64,000 nucleotides of DNA, taken from contig OW569377.1 of assembly GCA_937625935.1 (NCBI GenBank), positions 372,001 to 436,000 of the forward strand, in the 5' to 3' direction. Of this stretch, positions 1 to 9,989 are shown piece after piece (the first letter of the stretch is position 1; each line of letters starts with the position of its first letter). The notes beneath the pieces were generated by a model, which saw only the letters and a program-made list of their open reading frames with translations, ran no database searches and was not told where the DNA came from. This DNA comes from Tetramitus jugosus (lineage: Eukaryota > Protista > Heterolobosea). The translations under genes were made by a program, and so were the position numbers.

Positions 1-450
1 AAATCTGGTTCCAATTTTGTATTGGTCAGGTGGTTAGTTCACTCAACTTCCGATAAAAAAAATAGTCAATATTTTGATGGGCATCCAAAAAAAATAGTTC
101 CTTCACAAATCTCTTGATTTTGATGGGTATAATCGCTGAGATCGAATCCAATTAATTACCCTCACAAACGTATCTCGTATCGTTCGTAAGATAACTCCGG
201 CTTTCACATTACAAAATGACAACTCCTTTATATTTTTCGTAGCTTCTTATTACTTTTAGAATCTCACCATCAATACAATCTATTCATGGAGAATGATGTC
301 TTGTGAGTAATAGCTCTATTTAGTCGTCGACTTGCTCTCCCATTATTTTCTGTAAACCGACACCACCCAAATCCAAAAATTCCCGCTCACCTCCTTTTGC
401 GGTCATATAAAATTTTTCATGACTTTGAAAAAAAGACTTCAAAAACACAC

Positions 451-820
451 AATGATGATCACGTCTTTACCGTCGTCCCAACTACTCATGGAAATACTGT
501 CAAAAGTGGTCATTGGTGCACTCAGTGGTTGTTCACTTGGTTTATTCCTCGTTTTTCTCATCATCTTGATTCAAGAGAGAAGATGCATCTCCTATGACTC
601 TATTCTGGGTCAATTCGTTAGCTTAGTGTTCTATCCAGTATGTCTGACCATCACTGGTGCTGTGCTAGGTTTGGTTCAATGGATTGGTTTCGTTCGTGTC
701 ATTTGTGCACTTGTTGTGATGGCTGTTTTCATTTTTGGCGCCTTTTTCATGTACGGCGGAGAACAACAACAGAACTCCAAGTTGCAATCTTCCAACACCA
801 AGAAAAAGGATAATTTGTGA
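451..820 (+). CDS. Small multi-pass membrane protein, unknown function
   Basis: ORF 419..820 with three hydrophobic segments and a polar C-terminal tail; start uncertain (419 or 451). Confidence 0.45.
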
Positions 821-1088
821 TATAGATGACTAGTGGTGGATGTTTGTGTTCTGGAAAAGTAACTACAGCCGCGCATAGACCAGCTTTATTGGATATTGTG
901 CTGGTCCTTTGTGAGGTCCAAGAGGTCAACAGTTGGGTCATAATGTTTTCTTGTCGGGAGTCCAACAACAAGAATGGTCAAACAATATTGCGCAATCCAA
1001 ACGGAATAAATTTTTGGGCATTTGAAGGGCCTAATCAAAATTCCACAGCAAAAAACAAGAAACACAAACACTAACCAACAAACAAAGC

Positions 1089-2657
1089 ATGGGTAACGCC
1101 ATTCGGTCCTCCAACAACAACGACGATTTCGAAGAGAAACATTCTTCTGACTCCACCTCTTCAACCCGTAGATCACCACGTTTCTCTAGTCCCCGCCGCT
1201 CCAAACGGTTCAGCACATCCAACTCCGACCCGCTTCCTATTCTCCCGCATGACATCGTTCTCGCCAAAATTACGAACAGTAAACAATTTCAACAGAAATT
1301 GGGCTCTAGCATGAATCGGATGCGCCATTTCGCCAAACAAGTGTCGGACGTTGAAGAGCTCAAACAATCCTATTTGTCTACGGATTGGCTTCATACGGTA
1401 GAGCTATACAAGGAAAGTACAGTGGAGGACGATGAGGATGAAGAGGATGAAAGTCAGCGCCGTCATTGCTCTCTCATGACATCGAGTAGTGGTGGTGCTG
1501 TTCATCATCACCATCACCATCATCATGATCACCACGAACATCACGACCATCATCTCAACATTAGCTCTACACTGAGTAATCATTTGAACACTGTGCTAGG
1601 CATTACATCGACAGAAACCAACTCCAACAGTGAAGCTTTAGCTACACCTACAGCTACAAATGGAGAAGAGGGAATCACAATACAAGAACAACAACAAGGT
1701 CATGAGACGACACATCATCAAGAACAAGATGAGCAAGAACAAGCACGAGTCGATAGAGCTGTCCATGATGATGATGGCGTCGCAACCACCACCACCACCA
1801 CACCCACAACAGAAGAACAAAAGAACTTTTTTGACTCGTTGTTGGAGTTTGAAGAAATTCCTGAACGAGAGCTCGACTCGCTCAAAAATCTCTTGTTCAT
1901 GGAAAAGATTCGCATCAAGCTATTGATCTCTGAAACAGCAGCTAGACCATCAAAGAGAGCCATTAGACAACTGGTGAGTCCACTGCTCAATAGCTTGCAT
2001 GTGTTGCCAGAGCTAGGAATGTTTCACTCGGCATTGATCATTGGTCCTTGGAAGCTAGAGTTCAACGACTCTGGTGTCGTTGTGCCACGTAAGATTATTA
2101 GCTCTGCAGCTGTGTTAACAGCAGACATTGACCATATCACGACAGTGAATCGGTTCAATGATATTGTAAATAAGTTGGCAGAGGTGATTGTCAAGTGGAA
2201 TACGACGATGCAGTACAAGGAGAATGGAGGTGATAAGACAAAAGTAGGAAATTGTCAAGATTTTGTGGATGATGTGCTTCAGGCGTTGGATATCAAGTTG
2301 AACTTTGATGGTCCAATGGCCAAGTTTATTGAGCGACTGCGGAAAACAGGAAAATGTAATTTACAGTTCGAACCGGATCCTGCGTTCATTGAGCAATATG
2401 GTCTCTCGGAAAAACTGTTCAAATTTACGGATCATGGGTCATTGGATCGATTTGTGAATGATTTATTGAAAAAGAATCCAAATTTGATGGCAGAGAGTCG
2501 ATCTGAATGGGCATTGCTAAAGTCGTTTGATAGGGCGTTTTGGTTGAAGAATGCAAAGTTTCCTGAACGTCGCGAGTACCTGCCTCATTGTAATGAACAC
2601 GGTGTGCTCGGTTGTCCATTTGGTGACCCTAGTCATTTTTCTTTCATCTGTGTGTGA
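1089..2657 (+). CDS. Permuted papain-like (PPPDE/DeSI/LRAT-like) peptidase-domain protein with low-complexity N-terminus
   Basis: 522 aa; His-before-Cys motifs MFHSALIIG and GNCQDFV; MG start; poly-His/Thr tracts. Confidence 0.6.
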   Translation: MGNAIRSSNNNDDFEEKHSSDSTSSTRRSPRFSSPRRSKRFSTSNSDPLPILPHDIVLAKITNSKQFQQKLGSSMNRMRHFAKQVSDVEELKQSYLSTDWLHTVELYKESTVEDDEDEEDESQRRHCSLMTSSSGGAVHHHHHHHHDHHEHHDHHLNISSTLSNHLNTVLGITSTETNSNSEALATPTATNGEEGITIQEQQQGHETTHHQEQDEQEQARVDRAVHDDDGVATTTTTTPTTEEQKNFFDSLLEFEEIPERELDSLKNLLFMEKIRIKLLISETAARPSKRAIRQLVSPLLNSLHVLPELGMFHSALIIGPWKLEFNDSGVVVPRKIISSAAVLTADIDHITTVNRFNDIVNKLAEVIVKWNTTMQYKENGGDKTKVGNCQDFVDDVLQALDIKLNFDGPMAKFIERLRKTGKCNLQFEPDPAFIEQYGLSEKLFKFTDHGSLDRFVNDLLKKNPNLMAESRSEWALLKSFDRAFWLKNAKFPERREYLPHCNEHGVLGCPFGDPSHFSFICV

Positions 2658-3171
2658 TGAGAAGTTACACCCTACAATAAAACTGATATCATGTTCAGTT
2701 GTGTGAATCATTCGAATGCTGATGTGAACAGTCCAAAAACTGGAGCTTGACAACCGTTCCCTCAGTTTCGCTCTACAAGTCTTTCCAATAAACGAGTCGT
2801 GAGTTTCGAAGAGAACGTTCTTGTAGTTTCGATTCGCGTCTTCTCAATTACGGAGGGTTCCGACTGGGTATGCGGGGTATCTATGGGTATAAAATTACCC
2901 TTCAAAGATGCCAAAACATTTCTTTTTGGAGCGAGGAAAAATTTGGAATAATTACGGGTGTGTAGCGGGATAGGTTTCATTTGGTGGATTCAAAGGAACA
3001 ACGTTCACTACAACGCCAACAGTCTCAAATTGCTCACTCCAACTCGGTTACTGTATCTGATATAAAAGCAGAGTGCATTTGAGCAACAACCAATAACAAA
3101 AACAACACACTTAATTTAATATCTCAACCTGTATATACCACACATATAACCTTATACCTCTAAACTTAATT

Positions 3172-4449
3172 ATGAAGTATAGTTCGACCAAGTTCTCCCT
3201 ATTGTTTGTAACACTCGCCCTATTGGCTGTGTTGTTCATGATTTCCACCATCAAGGCCGATGATGACGACTTTATGCCAGATTTCAAGCCTGACAAAAAT
3301 AACCACATTGCAAAGTTTTGTGGTAGAAAGTTTAAGGCTGATATGCAAGAAGATGGTCGTGAATTGGTTGTTACCAGTCTTTCCAACTGCTCTGGAAACA
3401 GAAGAAAGAGAAGATTTGACAACAACAAGAAGAATGATACCCAAAAGCATGATAACCATGACGATGATGAGGATGACCATCGTGCCAATATTCTTCGATT
3501 TGTTCTCAGTGCTGACAAGATTCCTCAATTTGCTATTCGTGCATTGAACACTCAAGCTGATGCCAAGTCCAACTTTGCTGCTAGACTCGGTTTCGATCGT
3601 ATCGCTGAAGTCGTTCCACCGACTCTGGATGCCAACACTACCTTTGATATCACTGCTAACAATGTTGTTCGTGTCGTTTTGTTGGACAATGATGACAGAG
3701 AAGGCACAGACGCATGGTCTGAAATCTCCTGCAACAACAGTACTTCCCTCAGTGACTTGTTGGAGACTTACAATGTTGACACTCCACTCGTTTGCAGTAC
3801 TTCATTGACTCTCGTCAATATGACCAACCCATTGTTCAGAAAGATGACTCTCCAAGCCATTATCACACCAAAGCAATTGGAAATGACTCTTCCAAACGGT
3901 TTGTCCAAGACCAAGAAGGTTATTACTCCAAATTCACTCAAGCTTTCCCTCTCCATTGACGGTGTGCGATACACCAACTCTTCTACTCGTTTGGCCATTG
4001 GATCATTCTTCATTTCCAAGGGTAACGGTTTGAAGAAGGATGAGAGTGATGACGATAGTGACATTGTGACCCCAGAAACTGAATCTCAACATCAAGGAGT
4101 GTTCAAGATTGTGGATGCCACATCTCCACTCGGTGGTGGTTTCTTCTCCTGGGACAAGTATGTTTCCATGAAGACTGTCACTGGCGCATATGCATCAAAG
4201 GGACTCTTGACTTCAAGAGGTGTTGCCGATGAGGAAGTTGATGCGTTTGAGAGTTTGGACACCTTTGAAGATGATGACTACAGAGTATTCAGACTGTGGT
4301 TCGTTCCTGTTGAACAAGTTGATAACTTGTTCTGGGATCCATCTACTGGTGCAGGAGAAGTTCCACTCACTAACAACGCTGTAAGATCCATTGGACAATT
4401 CTCTGCAGTTTTGTTCGTTATGTTGATGAGCGTTTTGTGCTTGTTGTAA
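3172..4449 (+). CDS. Secreted, probably GPI-anchored surface glycoprotein
   Basis: N-terminal signal peptide, several N-x-S/T sites, hydrophobic C-terminal tail with no cytosolic residues. Confidence 0.75.
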   Translation: MKYSSTKFSLLFVTLALLAVLFMISTIKADDDDFMPDFKPDKNNHIAKFCGRKFKADMQEDGRELVVTSLSNCSGNRRKRRFDNNKKNDTQKHDNHDDDEDDHRANILRFVLSADKIPQFAIRALNTQADAKSNFAARLGFDRIAEVVPPTLDANTTFDITANNVVRVVLLDNDDREGTDAWSEISCNNSTSLSDLLETYNVDTPLVCSTSLTLVNMTNPLFRKMTLQAIITPKQLEMTLPNGLSKTKKVITPNSLKLSLSIDGVRYTNSSTRLAIGSFFISKGNGLKKDESDDDSDIVTPETESQHQGVFKIVDATSPLGGGFFSWDKYVSMKTVTGAYASKGLLTSRGVADEEVDAFESLDTFEDDDYRVFRLWFVPVEQVDNLFWDPSTGAGEVPLTNNAVRSIGQFSAVLFVMLMSVLCLL

Positions 4450-4596
4450 TCAAGAAGAGCATTAACGAATAAAGTTCTCCTTTGATTAAAGTTCATTTCC
4501 TTTCATTGGTAGTTCACAATCCACTTCAAGAGAAAGCACAGAAACCATCAAGAACAATTGAAAACAATTTACTTTATGCAGGTGATTCGTTTGATC

Positions 4597-6792
4597 TTAC
4601 ATGAGCAAACAGTTTGCAGAGTTATCGCGAGTGCTGCGCCTATTACGTAGGATGTTATCAACGACTGGAGCATCGCTTTCTCCATAATTGGCCAACTGCT
4701 GTCTACCTGAATGCAAGAGATTTTGTTCATACTGTTCTTGTGCTGTCTGCTGTTGTTTTTCTTGCTTGGCAATTTCTATATGATTGGTTTCCCTCTTGAT
4801 GAACCGTTCAGCAGCTTGTTTAATCTCTTCTATTGTTTCTGTATCACATTGATCCAAGATTCTCTGACGCATGGCTTCGTCCGTATGATTCTTGGCAATC
4901 AACGAAATGCATTGTTTTTTGATACCAGGCGAGTCACATATATCTGACACAGTGATCAGCTCGACAGCGTTGCTAATATCCAGATTCTCAATAATTGTTT
5001 GTTCGAGCTTGGCTTTGCATTTCGAAAAACCAATTCTCGTAGCCAAGATCAACAACTCAACACTCAATTCCGCATTCACCTTCTCTACTCCCATATAAAT
5101 GTAATCTAGCAAGTTCGCAAACGTTTCTGGAGTCGTTTCAGAGAATAAGATTTCACTTTGAGTTGACTCCAATAAGCCGGAGCGGAACAATGCCTTAAAG
5201 TATTCACTTCGAGCACTGAGAATACCCTTGTGTGCCCTAAACTTGTCGCCACTGTCCATCACAATGGTTACATCAGGATACAGAGTTTCTCTGTCTTGAG
5301 CTAGTTTCTTAATGCTGTCATAGTAGACATTGACTTCTGCTGTGAGAACACAAGAATGATCAATTCGGGCACTTTCATTGAACCCAAACTCTTCTCGCAG
5401 AACCTGCAACAGCAACTTGCCATCCTTTGTCGATTCACTTGGTGCGTTAAGTGATACATTGGTGTAAATGAACTGAAGAATGTGAGTCATTAGATGATCT
5501 GGTACTCTTTCGAACGATAGTGTAGCATGTGTCTGATTGTCCATTTCACTGCTCTCCTTCAGGGCTTGTGCAATCTTCTGTGATCGCGCTGCCAAGATGG
5601 CTCGATGAACCTTGTGTTCTTTACCTTGAGATCGAATAATCAAATCGGTTTGATAGCTTTGTTCGAGCATGAGTTGATACTCGTGAGAGTTATCTGCTCC
5701 AGACACCAAGTAACCATTGTAACAGCCATAGAAAACCTTTGAAAAGTACATTGAACCAACAGGCAATACTTGTTCAAAACTAGAACGGTTCACTCGATCT
5801 CCCAAACCCAAATTTCCATGCTTGTTATATCCCTGGACGTACACAGTGCCCGCATTCGTCAAGAAACCCCAACTAGAGCTACCACCAAAGATTTGCTTAA
5901 TCAGAGATGGAGCAACTCCATTTGGTAAGTCTAGCAACGTTAGCGTACTCAGAGGTTTCTCATCATTCGATCCAGGAAGACAACCCTTGTTCATTGTTCC
6001 CCAAATGTACATGTTACCTGACGTTGTAATCGCAAGAGTGTACTTTAGTCCGCATACAACATCGCGCCAAACATATCCCGAATCTGGACATGGAATTTCC
6101 ATGACCTCGCTCTTGGGAGTGAAAAGGTTTGGTGGATAGCATTGTCCATGTTCATTGTATCCAGCGCAAAGCAATCTGTTCTTGGTTGTCAAAATCATGG
6201 AGTGCTTTCCTCCACAAACAACTTTTGCACATCTTTCATCTGCTGCTTTGTTAGGAATAGTGAGACGAACAGGTCTTCTCGTTCCTGAACTACCTCCCCA
6301 CGTGTAACAATTGCCTTGTTCATCGAGACAAGCAGAAATGTGATCTCCTGCACTTACTTGAACCACACGTTGATCCACCATGCTGGTCACAAGCAACGGA
6401 GTACCCTCCAACGTTGGCAAACCCAAACCAGTGCCCGTTCCAAAACCCCACGCATACAACTGTCCACTGTCCGTTACCGCCAAAGAATGAGTTTTTCCCG
6501 CTGCGGCATCCATGATTCGCGCTTTACCGGAGAAATAATTCACTTTTCGGGGTTGAACGGAATTAAATTCGTTCTGGGAGAAGCTGTCACCGAGTCCAAG
6601 TGCACCATATCGACTTCTACCAACAGAGTACAGCTCATGAGACTGGGAAATGATGAGACTGTGCCAGAGACCAGTAAAAATTTTTTCTGCTCGAATGTCA
6701 ATGAGAGATTGAGAGAAACTGGGTGTGGGTTGGTCACTGAGAGATCCATTGCTGAGGGATCCAAAACCTCCAAATCCAAAGGAGAATATCAT
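4597..6792 (-). CDS. RCC1-repeat and tandem BTB/POZ domain protein
   Basis: RCC1 repeats (AAGKTHSLAVTDSGQLYAWG, GYNEHGQC) then two BTB domains (HRAILAARS; FRAHKGILSARSEYFKALF). Confidence 0.9.
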   Translation of the reverse strand: MIFSFGFGGFGSLSNGSLSDQPTPSFSQSLIDIRAEKIFTGLWHSLIISQSHELYSVGRSRYGALGLGDSFSQNEFNSVQPRKVNYFSGKARIMDAAAGKTHSLAVTDSGQLYAWGFGTGTGLGLPTLEGTPLLVTSMVDQRVVQVSAGDHISACLDEQGNCYTWGGSSGTRRPVRLTIPNKAADERCAKVVCGGKHSMILTTKNRLLCAGYNEHGQCYPPNLFTPKSEVMEIPCPDSGYVWRDVVCGLKYTLAITTSGNMYIWGTMNKGCLPGSNDEKPLSTLTLLDLPNGVAPSLIKQIFGGSSSWGFLTNAGTVYVQGYNKHGNLGLGDRVNRSSFEQVLPVGSMYFSKVFYGCYNGYLVSGADNSHEYQLMLEQSYQTDLIIRSQGKEHKVHRAILAARSQKIAQALKESSEMDNQTHATLSFERVPDHLMTHILQFIYTNVSLNAPSESTKDGKLLLQVLREEFGFNESARIDHSCVLTAEVNVYYDSIKKLAQDRETLYPDVTIVMDSGDKFRAHKGILSARSEYFKALFRSGLLESTQSEILFSETTPETFANLLDYIYMGVEKVNAELSVELLILATRIGFSKCKAKLEQTIIENLDISNAVELITVSDICDSPGIKKQCISLIAKNHTDEAMRQRILDQCDTETIEEIKQAAERFIKRETNHIEIAKQEKQQQTAQEQYEQNLLHSGRQQLANYGESDAPVVDNILRNRRSTRDNSANCLLM

Positions 6793-7283
6793 TTTTTAGT
6801 TATTGTGTGTTTGTTTTTTGTGAATTGTGACAAATTTTGATGTTTGTACAGGCTGGGTTGTTGTGTTCCTGGGAAACGAACAGGTCGGGAACTTGATTTT
6901 AATGTCAAATGTCATAATAGTCCGACTCTAACTGTAAGAAAATACAACAGAAATAAATTGATTGTATGTTCAACTTGAGTTCATTGTTCATGTTGCTATC
7001 ACACCAGAGAAGAGACGAACAATATGATCCATGAAAGCAATAATAGCAGTTCATCTGTCAAAGATTTGCAAAGAGATCGCCAATAGCTCAAACAACAATT
7101 CCAATTCATGTCCTAACAAAGTGTGGAGTGCTTTGACACAGCCTCTTCGTGCTACTTCACCTCTTCAACCACCTTCAACCTCCTCACACTCCACAAACAG
7201 ATGCACCACAGTTAGCACACCTTTCATCAATACTGGGAGTGTACAATTTCCTCACCAGCAAAAAACGCCAAAAAACGCAGAGA

Positions 7284-7295
7284 TAGTTCCAATTT
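7284..7295 (+). promoter_or_regulatory. Conserved 5S upstream element TAGTTCCAATTT (-23..-12)
   Basis: Identical 12-mer at identical spacing upstream of all three 5S copies. Confidence 0.6.
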
Positions 7296-7306
7296 GCTTG
7301 ATGAAT

Positions 7307-7425
7307 GTCTACGTTCATACAATGGTGGAACCACCTCTTCCCATTTCGAATAGAGAAGTTAAGCACCATCTGGCTGAGTCAGTATTGAGATAGGAGACTA
7401 CTCGAGAACCCTCAGTAATGTAGGC
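7307..7425 (+). rRNA. 5S rRNA: 5S rRNA gene, copy 1
   Basis: 119 nt GTCTAC...GTAGGC with complementary ends (helix I), CATAC, box A-like GAAGTTAAGC, AGTA...GGAGAC internal control region, followed by TTTT Pol III terminator. Confidence 0.93.
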
Positions 7426-7469
7426 TTTTCCCTTTTGCTGGACTCAGAAAAGCAAAAACAGAGAACAAC

Positions 7470-8507
7470 ATGGGTGGAAGTTATTCGCATGAGCTTGTAG
7501 TAGGTTCGATATCCTGTGGCAAAGTGGCTCGAACATTTTCCAATACTTTTGGGGTTTGTTCATTGGTTATGCCCAGAGACCCCACGACAGCCTCCAACAC
7601 GACATTTACGTTTCTGGATCAAGTCTTGCCCATGGATATTCTGATGGATATCTTTAGTTTCTTGGATGTTGTTCAGTTGTATGATCTCAGATACCTTAGT
7701 TCCACTTGTTTTGGAATGATCGAACAACTGTGTGAGAATTATGTTCGCTCATGTGATCAAAAACAAGAAAGGTTACTGTTGGAACGTAACCCCAGTTCTA
7801 CGACCTGGCAACAAGAATTGTTTACATGTTCTGATTTTGAGAGCAAGCAATTTGGGCACTTGTTTTCCACTTGGGGAGACTTGGCAATCAAGAGAGTGCT
7901 GTTTGAAAGAGCAGTGCCCTTTTGTTGCACTGTCGAGCAGATCCAACATTTGAAAAACAATCGACATGCTTTGGCGACTCAAAAACATATTCCACGAGTA
8001 CAGATTGCATTGCTCGGAAGTTCAGCTGTAGGAAAGACCTTGCTATGTCGGTCCATGGCTTCTGATCGAGTGGATTTCGATATGTATAATTTTCTTCCAA
8101 CAATTGGAGCTGAATTTCATTCTTTGCTCTATTCATTTGACAAAGTCGATTACAAGCTGCATCTTTGGGATACTGCAGGTATCAAGAACTACCAATCTCA
8201 ATGGCCAACGTATCTCAGGGGGACAAATGTATATGTTTTTGTCATCAGCCTTGATGATGAAGAGAGTGTAGAGAGGTTTATGACCTCAAATGAGATGGGT
8301 GATTCTTCACTTTCAGCTGTCAAAATGGTTATCGCGACGGGCAAGGACCTCAAGAGAGATAATAGGTTGAGCTACACAGTGCTAGAGTTTTGTGCAAAAC
8401 ATGACATTTCTTACTACGAGTGCAGTTTGAAAGATGATCTTCAACCATTTTATGTTCTCTATTCTCTCTTGCACCACGCTTGCTCAAACAAAGAGATCCA
8501 TGACTAA
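7470..8507 (+). CDS. F-box domain fused to a divergent Rab-like small GTPase
   Basis: F-box LPMDILMDIFSFLD; G1 GSSAVGKT, PTIGAEF, G3 WDTAG; degenerate G4; start may be 7569. Confidence 0.8.
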   Translation: MGGSYSHELVVGSISCGKVARTFSNTFGVCSLVMPRDPTTASNTTFTFLDQVLPMDILMDIFSFLDVVQLYDLRYLSSTCFGMIEQLCENYVRSCDQKQERLLLERNPSSTTWQQELFTCSDFESKQFGHLFSTWGDLAIKRVLFERAVPFCCTVEQIQHLKNNRHALATQKHIPRVQIALLGSSAVGKTLLCRSMASDRVDFDMYNFLPTIGAEFHSLLYSFDKVDYKLHLWDTAGIKNYQSQWPTYLRGTNVYVFVISLDDEESVERFMTSNEMGDSSLSAVKMVIATGKDLKRDNRLSYTVLEFCAKHDISYYECSLKDDLQPFYVLYSLLHHACSNKEIHD

Positions 8508-8589
8508 GAATACAATTATTTAGTGTCTGGTCATCCCAAAGAGTTTTACTAAATTGGAATCACAAACTTTTCCACTGTTTCGATAAAAT

Positions 8590-8800
8590 CATCATCTCCC
8601 ACTATCATACCAAGTGAGCTTGCGAATACCTTCCAAATAACCTAATACCTCCCCTGTGAGTGCATTTGTTCATCCTGAGCGGTGAATACCCGCCAAATGA
8701 GGAAAGTCAAAATCTGTCACCTTGTGCAACCACTCATCTCAAGTTTGTGAACACCAACCAAGTAAGAGAGCATGATCTTTGATTCTCCAGGTATCAAAGG
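8590..8800 (-). pseudogene. Frameshifted Cys-containing LRR gene fragment
   Basis: Manual minus-strand translation across frames: LSYLVGVHKLEMSGCT / VTDFDFPHLAGIH / LGYLEGIRKL; boundaries approximate. Confidence 0.5.
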
Positions 8801-8903
8801 TAGTTACTAGTGACTTAGTAATTGAAGCAAACTCAATCTGTTCACAAAGACGATCCTTGCAACGCCTCCAGCGCACTGAAATGCACACAAACAAGAGGCA
8901 AAA

Positions 8904-9022
8904 GCCTACATTACTGAGGGTTCTCGAGTAGTCTCCTATCTCAATACTGACTCAGCCAGATGGTGCTTAACTTCTCTATTCGAAATGGGAAGAGGTGGTT
9001 CCACCATTGTATGAACGTAGAC
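8904..9022 (-). rRNA. 5S rRNA: 5S rRNA gene, copy 2
   Basis: Reverse complement of copy 1 over 119 nt, with TTTT terminator. Confidence 0.93.
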
Positions 9023-9178
9023 ATTCTTTATTGAAATTGGAACTAACTCCGCGATTTCCACGGCTCTGTGCGAACTATTTGTGGCTGTTCATTTGAGTTA
9101 ACTTCTTCTAATTGTCCAAATACTACCGTGATTTAGCTCGCCCAAGTCTAATACTGCTACTATTAGTTGTTCAATCTC

Positions 9179-9751
9179 CTACTTTTGAACAATTTTCCCA
9201 TAACTACACTTGTAGAGATATTTGTCAAAGCAAACACCATTACAACATGAATCTTGAAGTCCACAGAGGCAGTTGTAAGATGGCTTATACTTGTCAACTG
9301 TGCAAACATGAGTTTCAGTAGAGTAACAAACATCTTTGTATGCACCAATGATGTTGTTGTGGCAGCAGGAATCAGAAGATGAACACCGGAAGGTACCACA
9401 CTGATTTGGATTGGTGTATGTTGTACCTTTTGTTTTTGGTATTATGGGTCTCTTTTGAACTGTGCCAGTTTTCAAATCACAAAAGTATCTCAACACGTTG
9501 TAGCACGCACCGTTACAGCAGCTGTCAGTCTTTCCGCAGAGACAGTTCTGTTCAGGCCTGTACTTGTCTGCTGAGCAAGAATAAGTGTAAGGATTGTAAC
9601 ACTGATAGTAGTATCCAAGGACATTTTTTGGGCAACACAAATCATTTGTTGGGCATTTGACCTTTCCGCAATACTTAGCTTGGACAGCGAAAGTTGTGTA
9701 CCCGAGGAGTACAGCGATGATAGCAATGAACAGAATTGAAATGGACTTCAT
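9179..9751 (-). CDS. Secreted Cys-rich protein with two internal repeats (possible carbohydrate-binding, CBM52-like modules)
   Basis: Signal peptide; duplicated unit CY...C..DKY.P..NCLCG..DSCCNG.C(Y/F)...Y.C. Confidence 0.75.
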   Translation of the reverse strand: MKSISILFIAIIAVLLGYTTFAVQAKYCGKVKCPTNDLCCPKNVLGYYYQCYNPYTYSCSADKYRPEQNCLCGKTDSCCNGACYNVLRYFCDLKTGTVQKRPIIPKTKGTTYTNPNQCGTFRCSSSDSCCHNNIIGAYKDVCYSTETHVCTVDKYKPSYNCLCGLQDSCCNGVCFDKYLYKCSYGKIVQK

Positions 9752-9989
9752 CCTCAAATTAGATATGATAGGTAGTTTGGTTTGTTGTTTCTTTTTTTCT
9801 TCAATGTCATGATGTGCCGTATTTTATACAACAATCCCAGTTCCTTTGCCATTGTATTGATAGCTGTTTGTCCGAAATCAAAATGATCAAGTCCTCCATG
9901 CTCCGTCATCAATTCCCCGCACCAAACCAAATTTGATGAGTTCGACCAACAACCGAACTGGAACGCCAACAAGAAACCTGAAAATTGTG

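Noticed and set aside
50-135. Short direct repeats (AAAAAAAATAGT, ATTTTGATGGG) at the window start
   Set aside because: Only two copies each in AT-rich DNA and cut by the window edge; no CRISPR-like array here or elsewhere in the window
7031-7393. ORFs 7031..7393 and 17765..17983 share NVYVHTMVEPPLPISNREVKHHLAE and look like a duplicated small protein
   Set aside because: They are translations through the 5S rRNA gene and its shared upstream flank
7307-9022. 119-bp inverted repeats read as transposon TIRs
   Set aside because: The repeats are 5S rRNA genes; no transposase or TSD seen
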